Assembly: GCF_006345805.1 (NCBI RefSeq)
Contig: NC_042998.1
Coordinates: forward strand, 91,140,001-91,204,000
Direction of reading: 5' to 3'
DNA length: 64,000 bases
DNA from: Octopus sinensis
Taxonomy: Eukaryota
Part shown: piece after piece, positions 25,814 through 38,696 of the stretch
How positions within the stretch are numbered: the first letter of the stretch is position 1
Layout of the letters: every line of letters starts with the position of its first letter
Position numbers and translations under genes: made by a program
The notes under the pieces: model-generated
Databases searched by the model: none
Seen by the model: the letters and a program-made list of their open reading frames with translations, nothing else
Told to the model about the DNA's origin: nothing

Positions 25814-26035
25814 CCCTTTTGTTACCATATTTCTGTTGATATATTCTGTGTTTCTTTCACTTAATTTTAAATATAACAAAGAATTTAGTAAAATAACTTA
25901 GTTATCATTAAGCTAGTGTTATGAACATAAATTGTGATTAAGGTTTAGTAGAAGATTTTAAATCAAAACTTAAGAAAACAAGACATTTGTACTACAGAGC
26001 CAGAGCCGGTTTCAGCTGGGTTGGTATCAAAAGGG
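25814..26035. mobile_element. piggyBac-type MITE
   Basis: TTAA|CCCTTTTGTTACC ... GGTATCAAAAGGG|TTAA. Confidence 0.8.
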
Positions 26036-27622
26036 TTAAGAAGTTCTCTTCCCAACCATATGGTTTTTGGCTCAGTCCCATCTATGGCATGGCACCTTGG
26101 CAAGTATTTTCTGTACTGCAAGCCTTTGTCAGCCAAATCCTTATGAGTGAAATTTGTAGACAGAAACTGAAAGCAACCCATAGTGTGTGTATGTTGTATT
26201 TTGACATCACACAATAGCCATAAATGTGTATTACTGTCATACAAATTGTGTCCTTTGTTTTCAATCTGATTTGAAAACATGTCCAGCCACAGGGGAAATT
26301 TACTTGCTTGAAAATAGGTGAGGGTTGGCCATAAGAAGAAAATTTGGTTCAGCAAATTCTGTCTGATCCATGCAGGCATAGAAAACTGGACGTTAAACAA
26401 TGGTGGTGAAATTATTAAAATATTTTGAAGCATTAAGGCTGCTAATTTATTTAAAATATGATTATGTTAATAAACTATTTGACTTATTTATATACTAGGA
26501 GTCATACTTGATCTTGCTTAGGTTAGTTAATATTCAAAATGCAGTCACATGATTTTGCTGTATTTTGAATAAATTGCTTTTAAAAGATACTAGCAATTGA
26601 CAGTTAAACTAAGAATGTCAGTTCATTCAAATTTATTGTATGTAAGGAGTTCAAGTTGATCTCCATAAAAATACATGCATACACCATTATCCTGATTTTT
26701 TAATGTCGACTTCTCCATACTTGTATGAATCAGAGGGAATTGGTTAAGGTAGATTTTCTACAGCCAGATGCCCTTCCTGTTACCTTACCTTTATTAAACA
26801 AGGTAATGTTTCACCATAGCCGGACTTGTTTTTACAAAAGGTTGAAAACAAACATCACACTTGTAAAAACGATGGGGCTTGTTTACAAACCTTCACATGA
26901 TTTCAAGACAAGAAAGTACAAACACGTATATGTATATGACAGGTTTCTTTCAGTTTCCAGTTATCAAATCCACTTACAAGGCTTTGATCAGTGCCCAAGA
27001 TTATTATAGAAGACAGTGGGATTGAACCCAAAACCATATTGTTGGGAGACTAAAATTTTATTCTTGAACTTTTCTGTTGTCTAAGAAAACATACTTTCCC
27101 CCATGTCTAATATTGAATTAATTCACTTAATTACTCTAAATGGCTTACTTTTCTAATCAGTAAATTTTACCAGTGTGATGTTTATGGATATACAGAAGTC
27201 TTAGTTTCCCTTTAGGAATTGAAAAGGACAAAAATCAGAGAAAAAAAGTACATTGTCCTAGACCCACAACTATGCAGAGTTTCAGAATATATATACATAT
27301 ATACATTGGCTTTTATATACTAGTCATTATCCATTGCTATGCTGTCGAGTAACAACCTAAGTGAAGATGAAATAGATCCTTCAGCAGAAGCTTTCTACAA
27401 TGATCAAACATGCTCAATAACAACCTGTTTCTTTTTCTTGAAACATTTAATTCTGTATCTCTCCCCCCCCTCTCTCTGTTGTGCTGTATTGACAGACTTA
27501 CACTTATTTCGTTCTACCTTTCTCGCTCTCTCTCATGATACACACACATACATACATACATAAATACATACATATATATATATGTGTGTATATATATATA
27601 TATATAGAGAGAGAGAGATATA

Positions 27623-29976
27623 CCCTATGTGCTGGCAGATTGCACGTGCTTTTCTTATTTTCTTATTGCTCTACGTCTAATGTGGCCATATTACGGATGG
27701 GAGAGCAAGTGCCCTAGGCTAGGGAGCTGAACAAGAATACTGGGTAAGTTCCCTAGGCACGAAAATTGTTGCTAGTAATAAAATAATGTAAACAAGCCAA
27801 ATTATTACAGTAAATTGTGTTACTATTAATAAAATATTGAAAACTAGCTGGATTATCACAGTCTGGGAAGCTCACATCATCTAATTTACCTCCTTTCTCA
27901 GCATACATAACCCACACCTGATATATGTATTACATTATTTAACGACTGGGTTACCTTTAAGAAACATTTGATCATTTATCTAACTAAAAAATGTTCTCAA
28001 AAATTTGAAAGGAATGTTAATAAACTTTCATCCGCCCGGCAGTAATTTGCAATGATCAGATCAGATGATGTGTCAGGGGCCTTGCTTTTACAGCAGCACC
28101 TCCTTCCTGTCATTTCTCTTTCTTGGTCATTCGTGTTTGGCTTCTTTAGTCTTTTTTTCTTTATTTTCCACATTGTGGCCTGTCACGGTAACACAAAACA
28201 TCACATCTAGAAATCCTGTACATCAACTCTATTGCCCAAAATATAAATAACTATACAGCTAATCTGAGAGGAGGCAAGAGTTGGGGTACTGCTTCCCATA
28301 GCATACCAGTAAGTTTGTCTTCAGTAAATTTCGTACAGACTCCAAACCCATGGCTGAAAAACAAAAACCTCATTGTTAAAGCATTATATTTAAACTAGAT
28401 GCTTTAGCATATGGAAAAGACCATGGTAATAGGGCAGCTGTGCAGTATTTTGGTCCACCAACCAAGGAAATGGTAAGGACTTGGAAGAAACAAGAAGAGC
28501 AGCTGAAAGCTGCTAAACTTAACAAACATTGCCTGCCTCCATATGGGAGTTGTAAAGTAGTCTGAACTAGAAGAATTTAGAAAATGGGTTTTAGACCAAA
28601 GAAGATCGGGCTTTTCCCTATCCACTAAAATTATTATGTACCATTCAAGACTTATAGCAATGGACAGATATACCAATGGTTTTAAAGGATCAACATCATG
28701 CTGTTCCAGATTTATGAGGAGAAATAACCTGTGTGAGGGCTAGGACAAGAATGGCACAATAAACGTCCCCTGAATACGAAGATCAAATACTTAAGTTTCA
28801 CAGGTATGTCATTAATGCAGAAAAAGAAGTTAATTTTGAACTTACATGGATAGCAAATATTGACGAAGTCTTTTTGATGTTAATGTGCCATTAAACAAGA
28901 CGGTAGAAAGCAAGGGTACTAAAACTGACTACTAAAACATGTGGCCATGAAAAGACACACCTCACAGTTGCATTATCATGCTGCACTGGATGCATAAAAC
29001 TGTCACCTTCTTAAATTTTAAAGGAAAGTCATTGCCTAAAGAAAGGATACCCAGTGGCATTTTTATTCATGTCCACCCAAAAGGCTGGATGGATGTGGAA
29101 AGAATAAAATTGTGACTTGATAAAATGTGGTCCAGGCATCTTGATGGGCTATTTAGGAAACCTGCCTTATTAGTTTGGGACCAGTTTCGGGCTCATAGAA
29201 CTGAGTTTATTAAGAGGAAACTTGGAGAACTGAAGACTCAGCTGTAATTTCAGGCAGCCTAACCAGTCAGTTACAGGCTTTAAATGTTTCAATTAATAGA
29301 CCATTTAAAAAATTAATGAGGGAGCAAGTGGATGCAGTCTTCAGATTTTGAAGTGACAACAAAGACAAAGAAGGAAGAGGCTTACTATTACATAAATGCG
29401 TGAGTGGGTAAAAAGTTCATGGAATGCTGTAAAAGAAGAGATAGTTGTGAAACCATTTAAAAATGTGGCATTAGTAATGCCCTTGATGGTACTGAGGATA
29501 ATTTATTGTTTGAAGAAGATATTGATGACCCAGATCCTATTGATGAAGAGAGCACTGGTAATACGGATGGCGACAGTGAGAATGAGCAATTGTAATTATC
29601 TATAGGAATTTATCTCATTTATTGTACATTGCTCATTGGTTTGTACCAGTTTTTATCAGTGTATTTGCTTTTTGTTTGTATGTACCAGGAATCATTGATA
29701 CCAATGTATATTTCTTTTTTGCTATGGCAAATTTAATTCAGTTTCCTTTAAAGGTGAGTGTAAAGCTACATATGATTTCATGCTTTATTCCAGTACACTG
29801 TCACAATATTGTATTTCATGCACAGAATCATACAATTTTCACTACAAAACCTCTTTAAAATATCTTTCAATAAGTGTATGGTGAAACATACTAAAATTGT
29901 TTTTTTCCACAAGATACCCTTCTAAAATAGGGATGTGTCTTATGTGAGAGTGTGTCCAATGTGCCGGCAAATATGG
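27623..29976 (+). mobile_element. Full-length (2354 bp) dead pogo/Tigger DNA transposon
   Basis: TA|CCCTATGTGCTGGCAGATTGCAC left end versus TA|CCATATTTGCCGGCACATTGGAC right end (reverse complement), with TA duplication and an internal transposase. Confidence 0.85.
28385..29600 (+). pseudogene. pogo-family transposase pseudogene (Brinker-like DBD / CENP-B HTH / DDE_1)
   Basis: Remnants FKLDALAYGKDHGNRAA, GFKGSTSCCSRFMRRNNL, IANIDEV, CGHEKTHLTVALSC, HVHPKGWMD, LLVWDQFRAH and LNVSINRPFK, interrupted by stops and frameshifts. Confidence 0.88.
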
Positions 29977-30013
<37 letters not shown>

Positions 30014-30020
<7 letters not shown>

Positions 30021-30513
30021 ATGAAGAGAGATGTGTGAAGAAGTGCCACTCCCAAACAGTTGAAGGTATCAGGGAGAGAGGTAGACCCAGGAAGACATGG
30101 GATGAGATAGTCAAGCATGACCTCAGAGCATTGGGCCTCACTGAGGCAATGGCGAAGGACCGAGATCTCTGGAGATATGCTGTGACTGCAAAGACCCGGG
30201 CTGCTTTCTGCAGCAATTCCACATACCCCCTACCCATTCAAAGTACCCCGGATCCCGTTGCCCCCGTGCCGCTGGCACGTTAAAAGCTCGAACCGATCGT
30301 GACCGATGCCGGACCCCCCGGCCCCTGTGCAGGTGGCACGTAAAAAGCACCCACTCCACTCACGGAGTGGTTGGCGTTAGGAAGGGCATCCAGCCGTAGA
30401 AACTCTGCCAGATCAGACTGGAGCCTGGAGCGGCCCCTGGCTTCCCAGACCCCGGTCGAACCGTCCAACCCGTGCTAGCGCGGAAAACGACGTTAAACGA
30501 TGATGATGATGAT
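30014..30513 (+). mobile_element. Young 5'-truncated RTE copy flanked by (TA)n
   Basis: MDEERCVKKCHSQTVEGIRERGRPRKTWDEIVKHDLRALGL, same family as 1636-3364. CpG-rich UTR and (GAT)n tail. Confidence 0.9.
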
Positions 30514-30637
30514 ATATATATATATAATATATACATATCATCATATTTTCTTAGCCATAGTTCTGGATAAGTTTATGAGGGTTAAAATCATCTAGTATAT
30601 ATAAATCCCAGTATGTGTGTGTATAATGACTAACACA

Positions 30638-31185
30638 TACATTTCCACAATTCTCAGCCGATTTTCACCAAACTTTACACACACACATTACTTATGTCCC
30701 GAGGATGGTCATGCACTATAACATTTTTCCCAGAGCTCCCATGTAAATGGATGTAAATATACATAGTTTTTTTGTATGTAGGGTCTGCCATACATTTTTA
30801 ATCTTTTTATAAAAGTGAAAAGATTTTGTCTATTTATTTATTTTGTCTGTCTACCTGCGACGGTTATTAAATTGACTAGGAACACCGAATGCATACATAA
30901 GTAATGTGTGTTTAAAGTTTGGTGAAAATTGGTCGAACATATATCATTTCCACAATTCTCAACCGATTTTCACCAAAATATACACACACATTACTTATGT
31001 CCCAAGGGTGGTCATGCACTATAACATTTTGCCCAGAGCTTCCGCGTAAATAGACAGAAATGAACATAGTTTTTTTCTATGTAGGATCTACCATACTTTT
31101 TTAATCTTTTTATAAAAATGAAAGGACTTTGTCTATTTTGACTTTCTATCTGCAACGGTTATTAAATTGACTAGGAACAGCGTAC
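30638..31185. repeat. Two diverged ~250-bp direct repeats separated by an inverted copy of their left motif
   Basis: CATTTCCACAATTCTCA(G/A)CCGATTTTCACCAAA at about 30638 and 30948, with the inverted CATAAGTAATGTGTGTTTAAAGTTTGGTGAAAATTGG at about 30895-30932. Architecture typical of non-autonomous DNA or rolling-circle elements; family unassigned. Confidence 0.7.
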
Positions 31186-31299
31186 ACGATGAATATCCAA
31201 TACCAAATAATATTAATTTCCATATTTAAACTGCATTAAACTTTGGAAAGCTTACCTTTATCTATTCTGAGTTACTTGAAAGGTGATGTTTCCTTCCCT

Positions 31300-32200
31300 C
31301 TCTTCTATTTGTTGATATATTTGTTTACCTACCAATGCGTTGTTTCACTTTAAGAATTTATCCATCCATTATGATATTTCGACTGTTGTTCATTGTTTCA
31401 AATACGTTTTAGCATTGTCATTCTAGACTTTTTTTAAAACAACCACATATGATTCGTCCTAAAGAATCAACCTTTAACTAAGAGTTTTGCTTCCACTAGC
31501 GAAAGCTATATGTATCTTTCAGAAAACTCCATACTAATTTAACTTTATGCAGCATTCGCTGCTTGTGTATGCGCAGGATATGTGGGAAGACAGAATAAAG
31601 GGACTTTTGTTAGCTTATCTCTCCGATAAAATAGCTCCCTTTGCTGTTGAATAAAATGAACTACAGGGGGTAAGTTTTAACGTCTTCCTTCAATTTCCTT
31701 ACACTATTTATGTGGCTGTTTCTGACAAGAAATTTCGCTTTCATGTGAAACAACTATTATCCGTAATTTACTCCCAAATCAGTTCAGTAGCTCTACTTTG
31801 CATCGCTTGCAAATTTATATGTTCTATGATCATTAAAGTGCAACGACATCCACAATAACTAGCCTTCAATTTGATTTTACGTTTCTAGGTTAATCGAAAA
31901 CATAGATTACTGCGCTACTCATAAACCTTCTCGGTAGTTCAATTATTTGGTGAAAAAAATACCACCAAAGCAACTTAAAACGTCCAAAGGACGAGTGCGT
32001 TTGTTAGTATTATATAAAACATGACAATTTATCTGCTCTTTTCAATCCTCACGATAAGAAACACTGAGCTAATGGCCACTTCATTAAACTATACATTGTG
32101 TTCTTATCTGCTGTTGGTGGATTGCACCTCGTCATATGTGAACTAATAATGATAAACAACAGTTAGTGCTTGTACAACGAGCACAAAATAATTGATGAAA
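31300..32200. promoter_or_regulatory. Non-repetitive CpG-retaining segment at the methylation boundary; possible promoter
   Basis: Unique sequence with many CpGs. Outward-facing consensus donors: - AAG|GTAAGC at 31255 and + GGG|GTAAGT at 31670 after ATG AAC TAC AGG GG. Confidence 0.35.
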
Positions 32201-34329
32201 TTACAAAATGACAAACCTATAGCTCAGTGTTTCTCATAGGTGTAGGCGGATAGCTGTGAAAATAAAAAACGAGGGGGACGAATTGCCGGCAAAAAAGAAA
32301 AATTATGATAATCATCGTTTTAAACAAATTTTCATGCTTGCATGGGTCAGACGGTATTCGTTGAGGTAGATTTTCTATGGGCGGATGCCCTTCCTGTTGC
32401 CAACCCTCCTGTTTCCAAGCTAGGTAATACTTCCCCATGGTCAGACATTTTTTTTTCACGGAAGTTTGGAAACAAACAACATCGCTTGTATGCCGGTGAT
32501 GTTCATTTAGAACCATCACGTGATATCAAGACAACCTGAGACCACCTCAAACACTCATATACATGCATATTTACATACATATACGGCGGGTTTCTTTCAG
32601 TTTCCGTCTACCTAATTCACTCAGAAAGTTTTGGTTGACCCGAGGCTATACGAGAAGACATTTGCCCAAGATGCCACGCAGTGGGACTGAACCCAAAACC
32701 ACATGGCTGAGAAGCAAGCTTCTTAACTACACCGCCATGCCTTTACCTATTCTAATATGGATGTACATTCAGTTTTATCTTCTAATTAATAAATCGAGGC
32801 TAAGGGGACTGCTATTTGTTAGTTTGAGAATTGATGCTATGGATCTGCAACTGATTTGCCTTTCTGGTTCTATTTCCATATTTCTATTTGGTAGACTTTT
32901 CGCATTTCCTTTTCAATCCAAAGCACGTGCATCTCATCCGCCGCTCGCGAGTGTGTATGACCTGATAGCATGTACCATGCTTTCACTAATTGTTTTAGGG
33001 GCTCATGTAGTCATGAGCAGATACAGACACGCTTGACTTTCCATCCTTCACCCAGCGGAATATCCAGGAAGTTAGAACAGGAGGTAAAAAGAGTTGCATT
33101 AGCACCATACTAGTACTCATATTCAGCCGAAGAAATTGAAACAGTGTGAAATGAAACGCCTTGCTCTCTCCGGTCCAGGAATTGAACCGACGACCTTATA
33201 ATCATGAATCTGACACGTTAGTCACCAGGCCAGGTGTATCTCCATTATAAACTACATAATTTGTTTTGTTTCATTTAATTTTAATATTTTTCTGTGTCTA
33301 AATTCAAGTTAAGCTGGAGGGATGTAAGCTTTACAATTTATCCATCTTCTACGTAGAATCACAAAAATAATGCTCTCTGAGGTACCACGAACAATAATAT
33401 CAGCTGTTTCATCCTTGTAAGAAATTGGCTATGTGCCTAAGGTAAAGAAACTATTTACTTGCAGTTGACCGATCAGAGGAAATAGTTGTATGTAATTCTA
33501 TCATTAGTAAGTATTTTGAGACGAAGGAGCCAGCCGCCTCACTATTTCTCTCTTCCCCCTTCCTCTCTCACACCTACACATACATATATACATACATACA
33601 CACATACATACACACATACACACGTACACACATGCATTTACACATGCGTTCACACATTTTTTGTATATAAGAGCAGATATGACTAAGTGGAAACGGAGTT
33701 TGCTCCGTACCCATATGATCTTCAGTTCTATTACACTTCGTGGTATCTTGAGAAACTGCTTCATACTGTAGGCTCGGAGTGACTGATTTCTTGTGATTGA
33801 AATTGGTAAACAGAAACTGCATGGAAGCCCAGTGTATATATATATATATATATATATATATGACAGACCAGCCCAGAAGCAAAAAAATTCTTTTGATTCC
33901 ACATTGTTCTTCCTTCCACCCCAACCAGCCTGCCATTCTATCCCTTAAAATAGCAAACATTCCTTAGCCACACACAAGACAGAAAATGTCAGACAGACAG
34001 TTCAGTTATTCCCCTCTAATTTTTTTGTAAATTCTTAAATATATCTCCTTCTGTATATATATACTACCAAACAAACATGATTTTTATTGAACTGAAAATA
34101 TTGTAGTCTCTTTCTTGAATACTTTCTTGTAAACTGTTTTAAGCATTTTCTTATCATTATCAGAGACTGCATAACTGTATTTTAATACTGTTATGATAAC
34201 CAGTACTTAACACAACAAAGCTTATACAAAGCTTTACATTTTACTTTTGATAATCTTTTTCTAAAGAAGTGAAACCGGTCAAGTCAATAAACATCTCTAA
34301 AAGACCTTTGCATTTTCAAACCTTCTTTC

Positions 34330-34530
<201 letters not shown>

Positions 34531-35603
34531 GTGTATATATGTAACAGGTAGTGATTTGACACGGCCGTTAGAGTGTTGAGTAGAATGCCGCGCGGTATTT
34601 GAGCCGAATTTCTGCGCCCTGAGTTCAAATTCCGTCGAGATTAAATTTGGCTTTCATCCTTTCGGAGTCGATAAAAAATAAAAATAAGTAATCCAAGACG
34701 GTTGAATCACGGAACTGTAGAAACGTCAGATTGGGTGCCTCCGCAGTATTTCTCCCGAGTTTTTGCGTTCTGAGTTCAAATCACACCGTAGCCAACTCGG
34801 GTATCAGGTTTAATCTGTTACCCGACTTAACATCATCCAGCATCATGGGTGCCTTTAATGGGCCTGGTTTTCAATTTGAAGTCTCCCTCTTTCCTAGGAG
34901 TTTCGAAAGTATTAAGGGCGTTGCCTTCTCTCTTGACTATAAGAGATTAAGAAAAAATATTTCGACATCAGTAAACCTCCTTTAATTACAAATATAAAAC
35001 AGTACTGCGTTGAAAACTTTGTCCTAATTTAAAAGGTTATCAACTCCTTGGCTTCTTGTTTGACTCATGTCTTCTAACTTACTCTCGTTAACGATATTCT
35101 ATGCAACACCAGTTAGTAACAATCATATATATTAAAACAGGGGACATGTTGTCACTAGCTTTAGGAAATCTTCGACATTCTCGGACTTTTAAAAGTTTGT
35201 CTCTATTGAATATTAATTCTGAAATATTTTCTAAACCTTTTAACATCTCTTACATATGATGTAGAGAACTGAAACTAACTGTTAGATTCATAAAGAGGCG
35301 TAACTGCGCAATTTAAATGTTTCGTCATCGTCGTCGCTATCACCACCGTCAGCAGCAACAGCGGAAAGACTTCACAAAATGAATTCTAAACACTAATGTA
35401 ACATTTCTAAAATTTCTTGAATATTACAAAGGAAAGGAAAAAAAGTAAACCCGTATTTAAGTAGGCGGTACATGGACTGATAACAGAAAACTGCGTAGCA
35501 CCACATGGCTCTATGATGATAAAAAAACACAACAACCGAAGATAATACTAATAAAATTAACATTAGAAGTTACTAGAAACTTATTTTGTCTTCAGTGTAT
35601 TTA

Positions 35604-35793
35604 TAGCAATCCCTCGACTTTCGTGGGTTTTACGTTCCAAAACCTCCCACAGAAATAATTAAAATCTAAAAAATATAAATACCTATCGGCCACAGAAACT
35701 CGCGATATACTGAGGATTCCGCGATATAAATTACATATATTAACCAGAAAAATCCGCGATGTACTGAGTCCGCGATATGGCGAGGGATTACTA
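35604..35793. mobile_element. Tigger-type MITE, CpG-intact copy
   Basis: TA|TAGCAATCCCTCG ... CGAGGGATTACTA|TA. Paralogue of 3884-4085. Confidence 0.85.
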
Positions 35794-35916
35794 TATATTA
35801 TCATTTCGAGGGAATTATATTACTTTGATACGACGGCATAAAACCTGGGGTTTTGAAGTCAAAGGGTATGAACTATTATAGGGGAGTGGGGACAACACAC
35901 ACACACGCACACACAC

Positions 35917-35970
<54 letters not shown>

Positions 35971-36444
35971 TATACGATACGTGGGCGTCGGACTTTGTTG
36001 CAATATATATACGTAAATTCGTGACGTTAGAAACTTAATACTGAGAATTTTATTTCCAAATTTCCACCATAGAAGTAATTTTACCTGCGCGTCTATTTAT
36101 TTATACATACCCTTGTGCACATCTGACAACAATAGCTGTAAATTGCGCATCGACTAACCATAGATATGTTATAAGTAACTGGCAACGGTAAGAAGGAGGA
36201 AAACTAATTTAATTTTATTATTCCAATTGACACAATATCTGGTGTTGTAGATGTAGCTTTTCCACCAACGTATCTGCTTTACAGACACGTAGACACATCA
36301 TGTTATTTCATATTTTTATATTTCTACTACGCAAGTCTTTGTGCCAGGCTGTTTGTAACCTAATGGTTTCAAAGCAATTCTTTCTCTCGATTGTCCGTGA
36401 AATATATACTAATGACCCTGGTTGATAAAGGCACATACCTAAAA

Positions 36445-36918
36445 ATGTATGTATGTATGTATGTATGTATGTATGTATGTATGTATGTATGTATGTATGT
36501 ATGTATGTATGTATGTATGTATGTATGTATGTATGTATGTATGTATGTATGTATGTCATTATTCAGTTTATTTCAAGATTTCTTGCCAATAGAGAAAGAA
36601 CCGGTTTTTAACCTAGATCCAAGGCTCCTTCATTGGAATTTTAATATCAACAACAGGGTATTTTGTATGTATGTATGTATGTATGTATGTGCATATTTGT
36701 ATGTTTTATGTAGTTATTCTCATGCATATAGTAACATATCTAGACATGCTCATATATATTTAAATGATAAACTTCTGGAAAGTTTTACAGATTTTCACAG
36801 TTCCAGTGATGGATTGGATCTGTAGTTTTCGAATTAGCTTTCTCCTTTCTGGTTTTGAGAATCCTAATTTCTCAAGATTGGTATTTAGACAGTGTGTTAC
36901 ATATCCCAGGACCCCACA
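36445..36918 (-). mobile_element. 3' end of an R4/Dong-like (RLE) LINE with (TACA)n tail, embedded in (TATG)n
   Basis: GVLGYVTHCLNTNLEKLGFSKPERRKLIRKLQIQSITGTVKICKTFQKF on the - strand, followed by a UTR and (TACA)n. Confidence 0.7.
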
Positions 36919-37340
36919 ATGTATGTATGTATGTATGTATGTATGTATGTATGTATGTATGTATGTATGTATGTATGTATGTATGCATGCATGTATGTAT
37001 GTATGTATGTATGTAGGTATGTATTGGGTTGTCAGATAAATTTGTTCGTTTTTCTTTTTTTTCCTCATTTATTTTAATCTTTTCCAATGTTATTTGATCC
37101 AACTCAACGCTTGTGGCCCTGAGAAACCTGTTGACGACACGGAAGCATTTCCGGCATTGCAATGCATATAGAAGAGCTTGCGAAACCTCTGAGTAACTCC
37201 TGCAATTTCTGAGAGGGGAAAAAGCATCTCTGGTGTATATTTCACCCTTATCGTAGAGTTTTATGGTTTTGTAGTGTTCAGCTTGTTAGGTCTTTATGAA
37301 GTAGTATGAAGTTTAACTGCGTGCTGTTCCATATTAAAAC

Positions 37341-37430
37341 CAACTTCGAATTGCATTTGCAGGTCTGGGCGGCCTGCAACTGCCACCGCCGAGGAAAACA
37401 TTGATCATTTTCACGATATGGTGATGGATG
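37341..37430 (+). mobile_element. mariner transposase remnant
   Basis: SGRPATATAEENIDHFHDMVMDD resembles the mariner RSGRP...ENI...V..D linker. Confidence 0.55.
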
Positions 37431-37773
37431 ACAACAATTATGGATGTAAGCAATTATTGAAATCCGGAGACGAGGAAAATATGTTTGTCGACCATTACAG
37501 AATAGACTGGTAATAATCACATCGATTTCTCGAGAAACATAACTAATAAGGTAGTTATTTGTTATAGAGGTCAGTTTTCAAGCTTTAGATATTTTACATT
37601 GACAATGTGACGAGGTGTGGCTGTGTGGTCGAGAAATTTACTTCCCGACCACATGGTTTCGAATTCAAACCCAATACGTGGAACTTTGAGCAAATGTTTC
37701 CCTCTACAGTTCCGGGTCGTCCAAATCCTTGTGAGTGGATTTGATTGACGAAAACTGAAAGAAATCCGTCGTG

Positions 37774-37820
<47 letters not shown>

Positions 37821-38398
37821 AAAATAAATAAATGCGCTCTTTTAAAGCCTAACCAGGCTCATGGGCCCAGTTTCCCGGTTTCTATGGTGTATGTGCTCTC
37901 CAGCGTTACTCATTTTTGCCATCTGAGTGGATTGGAGCAACGTGAAATGAAGTGTTTTGCTCAAGAACACAACACGTCGCCCGATCCAGGAATAGAAACC
38001 ACAATCTTACGGTCATGGTGCTAACACTCTAACCACTAAGGCACGCACCTCCACACACACACACACACATATGCGTGTGAGTATGTGTCCTTGTCTTGAC
38101 ATCACGTGACAGTTGTAAATGAGTGTCTGCCATACAAACAGGGTCATTCATTTCTAATAGGGATATATTATCTTGCTTGGAAATTGGTGAGTGTTGGTAC
38201 CAGGAAGAGTATCCGGCTGTAGTATATCTATCTCAATAAATTACATGTAACCAAGCATGGACAAAATGGATGTCAAAACCGAAGATAATAGTGACGGGGC
38301 ACTGCTTTGAGGATTATTAGTGAATTAGTATTGGTTTCAGCTTAGTGCTTAAATATTTGGCGATCAATTTTCCTTTTTTTTTTTCAAACGGTATCAAT

Positions 38399-38436
<38 letters not shown>

Positions 38437-38467
38437 GCGACCAATTCATCCATCCATCCTGCCATAC

Positions 38468-38696
38468 GGCAATCTTACGGACCAAGTACCATAACTGCCA
38501 ATTATAAACCCACGTGGGTTTATTTACATTTCAGAAGAAAAAAGAAACCTTTTTCCCCTACCCCTAACCCTAAGCCTAACCCTAACCCTAACTCCACATA
38601 TATAAAAAAAAAAAACTTTACGGAAAGTGACGATCTTCTTCTTCAAATGTAAACAAACAGATTTGGCAGTTATGGTACTTGTACTGAAAGATGGCC
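38468..38696. mobile_element. MITE with ~34-bp GG-starting TIRs carrying a (CCCTAA)5 tract
   Basis: GGCAATCTTACGGGACCAAGTACCATAACTGCCAA versus TTGGCAGTTATGGTACTTGTACTGAAAGATGGCC. Telomere-type repeats at 38562-38591. Confidence 0.7.

Noticed and set aside
27339-27440. SNNLSEDEIDPSAEAFYNDQ peptide
   Set aside because: No usable splice sites and no recognised family; possibly old transposon debris.
36308-37162. Long YVCM/TYIH and similar ORFs (also at about 33.5, 34.3, 43.7, 50.2-51.1, 58.4 and 61.2 kb)
   Set aside because: Translations of stop-free microsatellites.
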